Shown: piece by piece, positions 1 through 13,962 of the stretch
Layout of the letters: each line of letters begins with the position of its first letter
Position numbering within the stretch: the stretch's first letter is position 1
Assembly (NCBI GenBank): GCA_964016885.1
Contig: OZ024764.1
Coordinates: 13,082,001-13,146,000, forward strand
Direction of reading: 5' to 3'
DNA: 64,000 nucleotides
Source of the DNA: Eledone cirrhosa
Lineage: Eukaryota
The notes under the pieces: generated by a model
Seen by the model: the letters and a program-made list of their open reading frames with translations, nothing else
What the model was told of the DNA's origin: nothing
The model's database searches: none
Program-made: the position numbers and the translations under genes

Positions 1-662
1 CGCCTACACATTCACTTTACAGTGTGGGCTGGGTGTTTTTTTGCCATGGCGCCTACACATCCACTTTACAGTGTGGGCTGGGTGCTTTTTTGCCGTGGCG
101 CCTACACATCCACTTTACAGTGTGGGCTGGGTGCTTTTTTGCCGTGGCGCCTACACATCCACTTTACAGTGTGGGCTGGGTGCTTTTTTGCCGTGGCACC
201 TACACATCCACTTTACAGTGTGGGCTGGGTGCTTTTTTGCCGTGGCACCTACACATCCACTTTACAGTGTGGGCTGGGTGCTTTTTTGCCATGGCGCCTA
301 CACATTCACTTTACAGTGTGGGCTGGGTGCTTTTTTGCCGTGGCGCCTACACATCCACTTTACAGTGTGGGCTGGGTGCTTTTTTGCCGTGGCGCCTACA
401 CGTCCACTTTACAGTGTGGGCTGGGTGCTTTTTTGCCGTGGCGCCTACACGTCCACTTTACAGTGTGGGCTGGGTGCTTTTTTGCCGTGGCGCCTACACG
501 TCCACTTTACAGTGTGGGCTGGGTGCTTTTTTGCCGTGGCGCCTACACGTCCACTTTACAGTGTGGGCTGGGTGCTTTTTTGCCGTGGCGCCTACACGTC
601 CACTTTACAGTGTGGGCTGGGTGCTTTTTTGCCGTGGCACCTCCACGACCACCTTGCAGTGG
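1..662 (+). repeat. 49-bp minisatellite (~13 copies) amplified from the internal part of a dispersed element
   Basis: Unit cgcctacacatccactttacagtgtgggctgggtgcttttttgccgtgg recurs at 1, 50, 99 and onward. A single-copy form lies at ~5650-5715 and a near-identical array is on the minus strand at ~19895-20625. Confidence 0.95.
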
Positions 663-769
663 GAGGATATACATATATATGATATGTTGAATAAAATCAT
701 AATTAACTGATCATCCTGTATTTTCTTTTACCCAAAGCAAGGAACTTTTCAGCTCCCCCTCATAAAATA

Positions 770-925
770 ATTGTTCCTACTTTAGGCACAAGTGTATTAC
801 CCCAACAATTACCCCAGTGTATTACAGTTACTTTATTTTATCGACCCTGATCCCATAAGGATGAAAGATAAAGCTAACCTCGGCTGGATTTGAACTAAGA
901 ATGTAAAGGGCCATAGTGTGTAGCT
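770..925 (-). mobile_element. tRNA-derived SINE (abundant family A), partial
   Basis: Reverse complement of the gagttcaaatcc...gaggttaactttgcctttcatcc...gtcgataaaataaagtaccagt consensus that is seen many times in the window. Confidence 0.75.
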
Positions 926-1054
926 ATTAATGTTACTGTTGTTGTTGTTGATGTTGTTGCTAAACTATAAAGCAATATGTTCTGGTGTAGTCATGATTAG
1001 GGAAGGGGGGAGGGGGGGGGGTATGGAGCAGATAATCCTGAGTGTTGGAATACT

Positions 1055-1274
1055 CACACACATATATATATATATGTGTGTGTGTGTGTATATGTATATA
1101 TATATAGATATTTATATATACATATGTGTATATATATGTATATATAGAGGTATATATATATATATACACATATAGATATGCATATGTATATATATACACA
1201 TATGTATATATATATATATATATACACGTGTATTTATATATATACATATACATATGTGTATATATATATATACA

Positions 1275-1315
<41 letters not shown>

Positions 1316-1382
1316 GCATATATATATATATATATATATATATGCATTTATATATATATGTATACATAAATAAATATATATA

Positions 1383-1418
<36 letters not shown>

Positions 1419-1456
1419 ACATATATAAGTATATATATATATATATATACATACAT

Positions 1457-1490
<34 letters not shown>

Positions 1491-1611
1491 TATATACATA
1501 CTTACATATATATATATACTGTATATATATATATATATATATATGTATACATATATAAGTATATATATATATATATACATACATTATATATATATATATA
1601 TATACATACAT

Positions 1612-1650
<39 letters not shown>

Positions 1651-1800
1651 ATATAGATACATATATATATATATATATATATACATATTTATATATATAC
1701 ATATATATATATATACATATACATACATATATATATATATATACATATACATACATATATATATATATATACATATACATACATATATATATATATACAT

Positions 1801-1859
<59 letters not shown>

Positions 1860-1905
1860 TATATATATATAGGTATATATATAAATGTACATATGTATAT
1901 ATATA
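1055..1905. repeat. (TA)n/(CA)n compound microsatellite
   Basis: Dinucleotide runs that produce the YI-repeat pseudo-ORFs. Confidence 0.95.
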
Positions 1906-1982
1906 TATTGTCGAAGAGACACAAATGCTTTAATTTGTTAATGGTTGAAAGGGATCATGGGAAATCATTTTGTAGAACTGCT

Positions 1983-2335
1983 CAACAACAACAACAACAA
2001 CAACAACAGCCACAACAACAACAACAACAGCCACAACAACAACAACAACAACAACAACAACCACAACAACAACAACAACCACAACAACAACAACAACAGT
2101 CACAACAACAACAACAGCCACAACAACAACAACAACAAAACAGCCACAGTCACAACAACAACAGCCACAGTCACAACAACAACAGCAGCCACAACAACAA
2201 CAGCAACAACAACAACAACAACAACAGCCACAACAACAACAGCCACAACAACAACAACAACAACAGCCACAACAACAACAACAATAACAACAATGACTAC
2301 AAAAACAACAATAACAACAACAATATTAACAACAT
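1983..2335. repeat. (CAA)n trinucleotide microsatellite forming the tail of the adjacent SINE
   Basis: CAA/CAG/CAC repeats directly abut the 3' end of a minus-strand SINE. Confidence 0.9.
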
Positions 2336-2680
2336 TGTTTCTACTTTTGGCACAAGGCCAGCAATTAACCCCAGTGCATTACTGGTACTTTATCTTATCG
2401 ACCCCGTAAGGATGAGAGGCAAAGTTGACCTCGGTGGGATGTAAACTCAGACCGTAAAGGGCCGTAACTCTATGCTGCAATGCAAGGCGTCTGATGCCCT
2501 ACCGGTAAGGATGAAAGGCAAAGTTAACCTCGGCGGGATGTGAACTCAGACCGTAAAGGGCCGTAACTCTATGCTGCAATGCAAGGCGTCTGATGCCCTA
2601 CCGGTAAGGATGAAAGGCAATGTTGACCTCGGCGGGATTTGAACTCAGACTGTAAAGGGCCGTAACTCTATGCTGCAATT
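2335..2680 (-). mobile_element. Family A SINE with an internal ~99-bp segment triplicated
   Basis: gtaaggatga(a/g)aggcaa...gaactcagac...ctatgctgcaa occurs at ~2406, 2505 and 2604. Confidence 0.85.
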
Positions 2681-2704
2681 TACCATCAACATAATATCAA
2701 TATA

Positions 2705-2863
2705 TCTAACAACAACTACAATAGCATCATCATCATCAACGACTGTAACAAAATTTATGACAACAACAACCACAGTGGCAACACCAACAACACCAACAAC
2801 ACCAACAACAATAACAGCAGCAGTAACAACGACACCAACAACACCACCACCACCACCACCACC

Positions 2864-2895
<32 letters not shown>

Positions 2896-3340
2896 CAACA
2901 CCAACAACAACACCACCACCACCACTACCAACAACACCACCAACACCACCCCCAAAACCAACACCACCACCACCACCAACCACAACAACACCAACACCAC
3001 CAACAACACCACCACCACCATCAACAACACCACCAACACCACCCCCAACAACAACAACACCAAAACCAACACCACCACTACCACCACCAACCACAACAAC
3101 ACCAACACCACCACCACCACCAACACCACCACCACCACCATCAACACCACCACCACCACCACCGCCACCAACACCAAAACCAACACCACCACCACCACCA
3201 CCAACCACAACAACACCAACAACACCAACAACACCACCACCAACAACACCACCACCATCAACACCACCACCACCACCAACAACAACAACACCACCACCAC
3301 CGCCGCCACCACCACCACCAACACCACCACCACCAACAAC
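2705..3340. repeat. (CCA/CAA)n microsatellite
   Basis: Imperfect trinucleotide repeats. A similar tract lies at 15760-16745. Confidence 0.9.
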
Positions 3341-3439
3341 ATTATTAGTGGAATCATCAAAAACTTTAATTCTTTGTTAAATACAAACTAAATTGTTTTC
3401 TCTGTTCCTGTTTATGATATAAATATGTGTAATGTTGTT

Positions 3440-4005
3440 TGTGTATATATGTGTATGGTATTTGTGTATATGGTGTGTGTATATAGAAGCTTGTGTATAT
3501 ATGTGTGCATATATATGTATATATATATATATATATGCAATATATATATATGTATATATATATATATACAATATATATATATGTATATATATATATACAT
3601 ATATACGATATATATATATATGTGTATATATATACATTATATATACATATACATATTATATATTTATATAATGTATAAATGTATATATATATATACATAT
3701 ATACACATATATACGCACACATATATATATATATATATATAATGTATATATCTATATATATATATACATATATATACTGTATATATATATATATACACAT
3801 ATATACGCACACATATATATATACAGACATATATATTTATACAGACATATATATATACAATATAATTGTATATATATATATATGTATATATACATTATAT
3901 ATATATAATATAAAAATATATATATATATATATATGTAAATATATATATTTGTATACATATGTATATAAATATATTTGTATACATATGTATATATATATA
4001 CACAC

Positions 4006-4037
<32 letters not shown>

Positions 4038-4362
4038 TTAAATAACTTAATTTGTTGATGTATTTACAATGCAACATTAAACTAAGAGATTAAAACATTT
4101 AAAAAAATCAAAAGGGGGGGGGGGGATAAACAATAAACAGATCAATATTTATATATGCCCACTAAGTATGTATATACACTCATCTATATATGTATGTGTG
4201 TGTATACATGTATACACCATCATGGGATTAATGTTGTTTAATAAATACAATGTAACTGTTTGGAGATTGTGATGGCGAGGCTGGGAAGGGGGGGGGGGGG
4301 GGGGGTTCACACACACACACGCATACATGCATATACTGACACACACACACACGCATATACTG

Positions 4363-4426
<64 letters not shown>

Positions 4427-4921
4427 TTTTACGTCCGCTTTTACCTGCTTGCAATATATATATATATATGTGTATATAAGTATATATGTATATATATACA
4501 TACATAAATATATATGTGTGTGTATATATAAATATATATATATATATATATGTGTGTGTATATAAGTATATATGTATATATATACATACATAAATATATG
4601 TGTGTCATCATCATCATCATTTTACGTCCGCTTCTCCCTGCTTGCGTACATATATATATATATATATACACACACACATATATAAATATATTTATATATA
4701 TATACACACATATATAAATATATTTTTATATATACACACACATATATAAATATATTTATATATATACACACACACATATATATAAATATATTTATATATA
4801 TATATATACACACACACATATATAAATATATTTATATATATATATACACACACATATATAAATATATTTATATATATATATATATATACACACACACATA
4901 TATATATATATTTATATATAT

Positions 4922-4958
<37 letters not shown>

Positions 4959-4965
4959 AGTGTGT
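3440..4965. repeat. (TA)n/(CA)n compound microsatellite region
   Basis: Dinucleotide runs with short unique islands. Confidence 0.9.
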
Positions 4966-4989
4966 ATATCATACAGGACACAAGATTAC

Positions 4990-5320
4990 CACTTTGGAAA
5001 TAATAGTACATCAGTAATCACATGGTTTAAAAGTAAAGTGGATAAAACTAATTTTAAGTTCACTTAGTTTAACATTGTAGAGTTTTATCCCTCTATCACA
5101 AAAAACCTTTCTTCATAAAAGCCCACCATCCAGAAGAAGATTCAGTGATGTTAATAATTTAATAAAACAGAAATTGACATTATTTATAATACCTGAAAAT
5201 CACTTTTCTTCCACATTAATTCATAAGGGGTTAAAAATGATAGCAACAATCTTTTTAATACAGCCATGGGGAGTTTTGACGTAGCAAGAATATGTGAACT
5301 AATGGGTTTTTATACAGAGT
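4990..5320 (+). pseudogene. Decayed Penelope-like retroelement reverse transcriptase fragment
   Basis: Frameshifted translation NSTSVITWFKSK...F*FNIVEFYPSIT...EIDIIYNT*KSLFF...NNLFNTAMGSFDVARICELMGFY resembles the PLE RT motifs FDIVDFYPSI and FDVTMGSYDGAEVCELVGL. Contains stops. Confidence 0.7.
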
Positions 5321-5544
5321 GGTTTGTAAGTCGCGCACCAAAGCATTAAAAACAATTTAGTATCCATGTACATTGTATTGTATTAATAACAAAAATTGTT
5401 GAAGCAACAAAGGTATTATATTCATCAACCTATCATTTGTTATTTTAAGGTACTGATTGAGTCCAATGGTTGATACTTTTGCATGAAAGCACACACTTGA
5501 TCATGCATAACTTAAGGCCCAACCCTATATGTTAAACTCACTCA

Positions 5545-5715
5545 TCATTTCATTTTTCATTTTACGTCCACTTTTCCCTGCTTGCAAGGGTGGGACTGGA
5601 ACTGATTCTGGCTTGATTTCTACAGCTGGATGCCCTTCCTAACACCAACCTCATTTACAGTGAGTGCTGGGTGCTTTTTTTTTGCCGTGGCACCTCCACG
5701 ACCACTTTGCAGTGG
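5545..5715 (+). mobile_element. Dispersed element (catcat...tttacgtcc...ctggatgcccttcctaacaccaacc...), single-unit parent of the 48/49-bp arrays
   Basis: Related copies at 20625-20790 (-), 48745-48815, 56295-56555 and 61865-62015 (-). It carries one copy of the array unit. Confidence 0.75.
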
Positions 5716-5744
5716 AATGATTTGGACCCCAGTCCCTATCATGT

Positions 5745-5887
5745 CATTTCTACAGCTGAGTAAACTGGAGCAATGTGAAATAAAGTGTCTTGCTCAAGGA
5801 AACAACACATCACCCAGTCTGAGAATTGAACTCACAACCTTTCGATTGCAAGGCCAATGCTCTAACCACTAAGCCATGTGCCTCCAT
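5745..5887 (-). mobile_element. tRNA-derived CORE-type SINE (family B)
   Basis: Reverse strand reads ggaggcacatggcttagtggttagagcattggccttgcaatcgaaaggttgtgagttcaattc...ccttgagcaagacactttatttcacattgctccagtttactcagctg (A and B boxes plus a CORE-like segment). Copies at 60885-61030 (+), ~49170-49275 (-), and a head at 52430-52495. Confidence 0.75.
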
Positions 5888-5973
5888 AACAAATTCCCCC
5901 AATTTGACCTAGGCCTGTATAGAGATGATAGTCTAATTGTATTACATTTCTCCAGTGGAGTCACCCTTGTTAA

Positions 5974-6196
5974 CCCTTTAGCATTTTTACATTACTCTAT
6001 ATTTACTATTGTATTTTCATGGTAAACACTTTACCTCACATAATTATCTCACATAGAATCTAATCTACGAGATTTTGATATTATTTATTTTGAGAACAAT
6101 ACCTTAATATCAGTATGAGCGGCCGGTTACAGCCGGTTTGAACAGAAAGGGGTGAGAGAATTCTGGCTGAATATGGTCGGTTTAAATGCTAAAGGG
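5974..6196 (+). mobile_element. piggyBac-like MITE (223 bp) with TTAA target duplication
   Basis: TTAA|CCCTTTAGCATTT ... AAATGCTAAAGGG|TTAA: perfect 13-bp TIRs, with TTAA at 5970-5973 and 6197-6200. Confidence 0.9.
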
Positions 6197-6528
6197 TTAA
6201 ATTTTTAAAAAATAATTAATAAAAATCTGCATGAAGTTTAATCAAGAGATAACAGTTAATACCAACATCAGAATTATTAATTTTAGAGACCCAAATTCTC
6301 TGACGTCTTTCGGTTCAAAGTGGCTGTAACTGGTCGCTCATACTGATGTTAAGGTATTGTTCTCAAAATAAATAATATCAAAATCTCATAGCTTCGATAT
6401 GAGAATAATATCTCAACTGCACAGCTATATCTATGCATGGTTCTGCAACTCCTGACAGCGTTGTAGGGGTGATGTACTGACATACAAAGTTTCTTGGGTA
6501 TTTTAAGCCTGGCAGACCCCATCCCTCT

Positions 6529-8250
6529 CCAGGCCTGAGTACAGCAAATTTCTTCCAGAGAAAGACAAAGAATGGAAGACTAGAAATGAGAAAGAGATAT
6601 AAAGGAAGAATCAACCCCAGTATTAGACTGGTACTTTTATATCAACCTTAATGGATGAAAAGCAAAGTCTACCTCAGCGGGATTTGAACTCAGACCAGGC
6701 CTGAGTACAGCAAATTCTTCCAGAGAAAGACAAAGAGTGGAAGACTAGAAATGAGAAAGAGATATAAAGAATCAACCCCCCAGTATTAGACTGGTACTTT
6801 TATATCAACCTTAATGGATGAAAAGCAAAGTCTACCTCAGCGGGATTTGAACTCAGACCAGGCCTGAGTACAGCAAATTCTTCCAGAGAAAGACAAAGAG
6901 TGGAAGACTAGAAATGAGAAAGAGATATAAAGAATCAACCCCCAGTATTAGACTGGTACTTTTATATCAACCTTAATGGATGAAAAGCAAAGTCTACCTC
7001 AGCGGGATTTGAACTCAGACCAGGCCTGAGTACAACAGATTTCTTCCAGAGAAAGACAAAGAGTGGAAGACTAGAAATGAGAAAGAGATATAAAGGAAGA
7101 ATCAACCCCCAGTATTAGACTGGTACTTTTATATCAACCTTAATGGATGAAAAGCAAAATCTACCTCAGCGGGATTTGAACTCAGACCAGGCCTGAGTAC
7201 AGCAAATTCTTCCAGAGAAAGACAAAGAGTGGAAGACTAGAAATGAGAAAGAGATATAAAGAATCAACCCCCAGTATTAGACTGGTACTTTTATATCAAC
7301 CTTAATGGATGAAAAGCAAAGTCTACCTCAGCGGGATTTGAACTCAGACCAGGCCTGAGTACAACAGATTTCTTCCAGAGAAAGACAAAGAGTGGAAGAC
7401 GAGAAATGAGAAAGAGATATAAAGGAAGAATAAACCCCAGTATTAGACTGGTACTTTTATATCAACCATAATGGATGAAAAGCAAAGTCTACCTCAGCGG
7501 GATTTGAACTCAGACCAGGCCTGAGTACAACAGATTTCTTCCAGAGAAAGACAAAGAGTGGAAGACTAGAAATGAGAAAGAGATATAAAGGAAGAATCAA
7601 CCCCCAGTATTAGACTGGTACTTTTATATCAACCTTAATGGATGAAAAGCAAAATCTACCTCAGCGGGATTTGAACTCAGACCAGGCCTGAGTACAGCAA
7701 ATTCTTCCAGAGAAAGACAAAGAGTGGAAGACTAGAAATGAGAAAGAGATATAAAGAATCAACCCCCAGTATTAGACTGGTACTTTTATATCAACCTTAA
7801 TGGATGAAAAGCAAAGTCTACCTCAGCGGGATTTGAACTCAGACCAGGCCTGAGTACAGCAAATTTCTTCCAGAGAAAGACAAAGAGTGGAAGACTAGAA
7901 ATGAGAAAGAGATATAAAGGAAGAATCAACCCCCAGTATTAGACTGGTACTTTTATATCAACCTTAATGGATGAAAAGCAAAGTCTACCTCAGCGGGATT
8001 TGAACTCAGACCAGGCCTGAGTACAACAGATTTCTTCCAGAGAAAGACAAAGAGTGGAAGACTAGAAATGAGAAAGAGATATAAAGGAAGAATCAACCCC
8101 CAGTATTAGACTGGTACTTTTATATCAACCTTAATAGATGAAAAGCAAAGTCTACCTCAGCGAGATTTGAACTCAGAGAGCTGGAACAACTATGGCAAAG
8201 GATTCTATTCAATGTTCTAACAACTCTGCCAAATTGCTGCCACTTGTACA
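6529..8250 (-). repeat. ~165-bp tandem array (~10 copies) of a SINE body plus flank, ending in the SINE head
   Basis: ccaggcctgagtac recurs at ~6529, 6695, 6858, 7020 and on to 8011. The unit includes ccccagtattagactggtactttt...gggatttgaactcag. Single-copy relatives lie at 58010-58360. Confidence 0.9.
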
Positions 8251-8354
8251 TATACTGTCTTTAATATTCTAATGTAGATTAATAAATTGAACTAACTTAA
8301 TCTGCTTATAAAGGATTATCTGCTTTCGTTTGTCATAGCATCTTGTAACACTCA

Positions 8355-9050
<696 letters not shown>

Positions 9051-9179
9051 ATATGTGAATATAGACATAGAATATTCGAAAATATTCTGTATGTTTATAA
9101 TAAACATTTTGAAGACCTAATCGCTATAGAATAGAATACGTCACGTATTACAATTAGATTCTCGATAAAAGCAAGGGAA

Positions 9180-9222
9180 GTAATCTACGCGTTTCATTCT
9201 CGTTAGAAATCATCAGGACTAC
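9180..9222 (-). ncRNA. Minimal type-I hammerhead ribozyme
   Basis: Minus strand: GTAGTC CTGATGA tTTCTaacgAGAAt GAAAC gc GTA GATTAC. Stem I has one G-U pair and the core is intact. Confidence 0.8.
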
Positions 9223-9692
9223 ATATCCAGTGCTTTTATCGAGAATGACACAGCTAGAGACTTATAGAATACTTAGCTGTGTACAGGAACTGGTTTGAAA
9301 GAGCGGTTGCCGGTCCGGCAGAAATTAGAAATTGGAATAAATGCTCTGAAATAGCGATATATATGTGAATATAGACATAGAATATTCGAAAATATTCTGT
9401 ATGTTTATAATAAACATTTTGAAGACCTACTTGCTTTTATCGAGAATCTAATTGTAATACGTGACGTATTCTATTCTATAGCGATTAGGTCTTCAAAATG
9501 TTTATTATAAACATACAGAATATTTTCGAATATTCTATGTCTATATTCACATATATATCGCTATTTCAGAGCATTTATTCCAATTTCTAATTTCTGCCGG
9601 ACCGGCAACCGCTCTTTCAAACCAGTTCCTGTACACAGCTAAGTATTCTATAAGTCTCTAGCTGTGTCATTCTCGATAAAAGCACTGGATAT

Positions 9693-9735
9693 GTAATCCT
9701 GATGATTTCTAACGAGAATGAAACGCGTAGATTAC
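9693..9735 (+). ncRNA. Minimal type-I hammerhead ribozyme
   Basis: GTAATC CTGATGA tTTCTaacgAGAAt GAAAC gc GTA GATTAC: 6-bp stem I, CUGAUGA and GAAA core, palindromic stem III ACGCGT, GUA cleavage triplet. Confidence 0.85.
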
Positions 9736-9912
9736 TTCCCTTGCTTTTATCGAGAATCTAATTGTAATACGTGACGTATTCTATTCTATAGCGATTAGGT
9801 CTTCAAAATGTTTATTATAAACATACAGAATATTTTCGAATATTCTATGTCTATATTCACATATATATCGCTATTTCAGAGCATTTATTCCAATATATAT
9901 ATATATATATAT

Positions 9913-10548
9913 ATGGAAAGAATGAAACCAAATTTCATTTCTCACTCTTAGTACGGCTGTTAATTAAATATAGGTATGTATACATACATACATATATGTA
10001 TACAGACGTACAGTAGTATGTATCTATATACATACATGCATACATATATATATATATATGTACATATGGGTTTATCGAACATTTATTATAATGTTCGGTG
10101 TGTTTGTAAACAAACATCCCGGATTAAGCCGTACAGTGTCTAGCAACCATCGTTGCCCTTTTGTTCAACACTGACAAAGGAATGATGTACTAGTTTCAAG
10201 CTTATTAGCTATCGTCAGCATCGTATACCTTCCTGTCAGATGATTGAACGTCTGAAAGTATATACTTTCCCCTATGCATATTAACGGCTGAGCAGCCTAA
10301 TTTGCATATCGAGTGAGTTAGTCGGCCGGGCGCACCGAAAATGATAAATGGAAAGAATGAAACGAAATTTCATTTCTCACTCTTAGTACGGCTGTTACTT
10401 AAATATTAGTATGTATACATACATACATATATGTATACAGACGTACAGTAGTATGTATATATATATATACATACATGCACACATATATATATGTACGTAT
10501 GGGTTTATCGAACATTTATTATAATGCTCGGTTTGTTTGTAAACAAGA
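9913..10548 (-). mobile_element. Second Penelope-like/retrozyme-like element: ~435-bp period with ~200-bp direct repeats
   Basis: atggaaagaatgaaac... at 9913 and 10348. Flanked by (TA)n on the left and contains a hammerhead. Confidence 0.7.
10184..10222 (-). ncRNA. Minimal type-I hammerhead ribozyme (different family)
   Basis: Minus strand: GATG CTGACGA tAGCTaataAGCTt GAAAC ta GTA CATC, with palindromic stem III ACTAGT. Confidence 0.8.
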
Positions 10549-10689
10549 TTGAAAATCTGCCAACTTTTTCTTAAAGCACTCCACGGTTTTTGTTCATCTG
10601 GAGTTTTATTATAATAGTAAACAAGAAAGACGATATATTTACTTATGTATATAATATATGTTCGTTACTGTGGAAGATAGACGTTAAAC

Positions 10690-10728
<39 letters not shown>

Positions 10729-10789
10729 ACAAGATGGCTGCAAACTCTGTTAAGAATATTGCAATCGCTTGTTAGATTTATAGAAAATG

Positions 10790-11075
10790 GTGCACTTTTA
10801 GGCTACGGCCAGCCACACGAACCTGTAACATATCCTGAACAAGCAATGTCTGTGATTTGAAGGTTTTTTTAAGTGGGGTAAGGCCTTGCACTCGACCAAT
10901 CCCACCCTCAGAGCATCGAAAACACTACCCGAAAAGGAGAACTGGTCAACATCATCGGATGCTTCCCAAGCTGCGGGGTTTTTTTTCAGAGTTGCCAGTT
11001 TAGTCGCCGACAACCCGACCATGAGACAGGTTGTACTGGGTTACATGTCACCAGTAGTACTCGAGGGCAACCTAA
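10790..11075 (+). mobile_element. Unclassified dispersed repeat
   Basis: gttgccagtttagtcgccgacaacccgaccatgagacaggttgtactgggttacatg is also present inverted at ~60085-60170. Confidence 0.65.
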
Positions 11076-11311
11076 CACACACACACACACATATATATAA
11101 ATATAAATATATGAAAATATGGCGTGCTGCGTGGTTGCAAATGGGTTACATATGAATAAATTTAGTCCTTCATCAGTGATCTTCCAGCCTTCATTGGTAT
11201 TTCATCTCTTTAAAGACCATATACCTCCGGTTGGTGCGAGCAACGGCTAAAGAAAGTCGTTGGGACACGTAAATATGGGGAACGAGCGAGACAGTAAACA
11301 AACAAAGATGG

Positions 11312-11351
<40 letters not shown>

Positions 11352-11483
11352 AAAAAAGATGAAATCGAAAATGCAACTGGAGACTTTTTTTTTAAATATA
11401 TATTTATTTATTTGGTTCCTTTACCGGTTTCGCAGTTCTTCTGCTTTTCAAAAGTAGAATTGAGATGGAAGGTTTGTGTTTTA

Positions 11484-11528
<45 letters not shown>

Positions 11529-12244
11529 TATTCATATATATATATGTGTGTGTGTGTGTGCGCGCCTGTGTATATCTAGTCTTTAATGCGAAGAAATACC
11601 AATGATAATCAGCAGACTACTGATGATGGACATTCCAGTTTCTCGGTCTATTTTCATGCATATGTTTATATTCGCAACAACGCAGCACGCCATTTTTCAT
11701 TCATATATATACATATATATATAAGGATCAAAGAGATAAAGACATAAGAGACACCCACTGCAACAACCACCCCACTTCACAGGGCACCCTCCTCAATCGG
11801 ATCGCCATCTTTCCGACTTTACGAGGACCAAGGACACCAAATGTATTGCCAGGCCCCGGTATTTAACTTATAATTAATTAATTGTTTCTACTTTGGGCAC
11901 AAGGGCAGCAATGACCCAGTGCATTACTGGTACTTTATTTTATCGACCCCGGAAGGATGAAAGGCAAAGTTAACCTCGGTGGGATTTGAACTCAGATCAT
12001 ACAGGGAGGTAACTCTATGCTTCAAAGCATGGCATCCGACCCTCTACCGATACTGCCATTAATTAATGTAATTAAATTTTAAAGAATTAATTTCACATGA
12101 TAAATATACAGTAATGGGTTTTAAAGAAAGGTAACTGCGGTAAAGTTTATACAAAAGTTGCCTCCCTTAACAAAAATTTCTTTCAGGGGAAATAATCGAG
12201 TATTGCCTTAAAAGAACATTTCAATTAAATTCGCTTATATATAT

Positions 12245-13160
12245 TACAGAGTGTACTGGGTGTATTTAATCATGGCATTAGCACTACCACTTTACAGAGT
12301 GTACTGGGTGTATTTAATTCATGGCATTAGCTCTACCACTTTACAGAGTGTACTGGGTGTATTTAATCATGGCATTAGCTCTACCACTTTACAGAGTGTA
12401 CTGGGTGTATTTAATCATGGCATTAGCACTACCACTTTACAGAGTGTACTGGGTGTATTTAATCATGGCATTAGCACTACCACTTTACAGAGTGCACTGG
12501 GTGTATTTAATCATGGCATTAGCACTACCACTTTACAGAGTGTACTGGGTGTATTTAATCATGGCATTAGCACTACCACTTTACAGAGTGTACTGGGTGT
12601 ATTTAATCATGGCATTAGCTCTACCACTTTACAGAGTGTACTGGGTGTATTTAATCATGGCATTAGCACTACCACTTTACAGAGTGTACTGGGTGTATTT
12701 AATCATGACACCAGCATTACCACTTTACAGAGTGTACTGGGTGTACTTTTTCATGGTACCAACACTACCACTTTACAGAGTGTACTGGGTGTATTTAATC
12801 ACAACACCAGCACTACCACTTTACAGAGTGTACTGGGTGTATTTTTTCATGGTACCAACACTACCACTTTACAGAGTGTACTGGGTGTATTTAATCATGG
12901 CATTAGCACTACCACTTTACAGAGTGTACTGGGTGTATTTAATCATGACACCAGCATTACCACTTTACAGAGTGTACTGGGTGTACTTTTTCATGGTACC
13001 AACACTACCACTTTACAGAGTGTACTGGGTGTATTTAATCACAACACCAGCACTACCACTTTACAGAGTGTACTGGGTTTATTTTTTCATGGTACCAACA
13101 CTACCACTTTACAGAGTGTACTGGGTGTATTTTATCACAGCACCAGTATTACCACTTAAC
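12245..13160 (+). repeat. 48-bp minisatellite (~19 copies), variant of the 49-bp family
   Basis: Unit ccactttacagagtgtactgggtgtatttaatcatggcattagcacta, with ordered variant units at the 3' end. Confidence 0.95.
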
Positions 13161-13242
13161 AGAATGTATAAAGGGTATTTTACCATACCAACAGTACTAC
13201 TTGATATCTTTATTTACATTAATAATAATAATAATAATAATT

Positions 13243-13962
13243 CAAGAGCAATCCCTCAGAATGAAATGGGTGAAACACCATATTGAATAGGAGGAGGCTA
13301 GCTCACTGTGTAGGATCTGTGAAGAGAGAGAGAGAGGAGACTGTAGCTCACATTGTATCTGAGTGTAAACACCTAGGCCAGACTCACTATAAATGCTGGA
13401 GATATGATATGATAGACAGGGTGGTTCACTGGCATTTATGCAAACTAAATAATTTACCACATTCTGAGAAGTGGCATGAACATAAGCCAGAGTCCGTGAT
13501 AGAAAACGATCAAGTGAAGGTGCTATGGGATTTCAGGATACAGACAGACAAGAAATTAGAACACAACAGGCCTGACATGGTGGTTTTTTGACAAGGAAAA
13601 AAAGATCTTGCCTGATTGTAGATGTAGCTTGACCCTTTGACACAAGAGGGCAAGAAAAGGAGAAGGAGAAAATTAACCGATACCAGGATTTAAAGTGGAA
13701 ATTAAAAAGGATTTGAGACTGTCATGAGATCAAGGTCTTCCCGATTGTCATAGGGGCACTAGGTACTATCTCAAAGAGTTTCCAAGGATGGTTAAAGAAG
13801 ATTAGTCCAGTACTCTTTTTTGGAACATTTCAAAAGTCATGCTTGCTGGGAACAGCAACAACCCTCCGATACGTCCTGAATATCTTGGGCTACAGGTAGT
13901 GGCTTGATGTTCATTTGAACAAACTTTCCAGTTAAATAACATCAATGACTGAGACTCTAAGT
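13243..13962 (+). mobile_element. 5'-truncated, decayed RLE-type non-LTR retrotransposon (R4/Dong-like) in (TAA)n
   Basis: Translates as ETVAHIVSEC (CCHC knuckle)...KVLWDFRIQTDKKLEHNRPDMVV...LIVDVA...EKINRYQDL...PIVIGALG...QKSCLLGT, with stops and frameshifts. (TAA)n lies on both sides. Confidence 0.85.

Noticed and set aside
22-710. Long ORFs open in all three frames (also 19646-20722, 12251-13286, 61011-61826)
   Set aside because: Translations of 48/49-bp tandem repeats that lack stops.
1413-3380. PolyQ/N/T and Pro/Thr-rich mucin- or extensin-like ORFs
   Set aside because: Trinucleotide microsatellites attached to SINE ends, with no credible gene structure.
6378-6614. 78-aa hydrophobic minus-strand ORF
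   Set aside because: It spans a tandem-repeat unit and a MITE fragment, and has no recognisable domain.
11419-11455. Hammerhead-like motif on the minus strand (TTGAAAA GCAG..CTGC GAAACCGGTA)
   Set aside because: The core deviates from CUGANGA. At best a degenerate PLE variant, so it is not called as a ribozyme.
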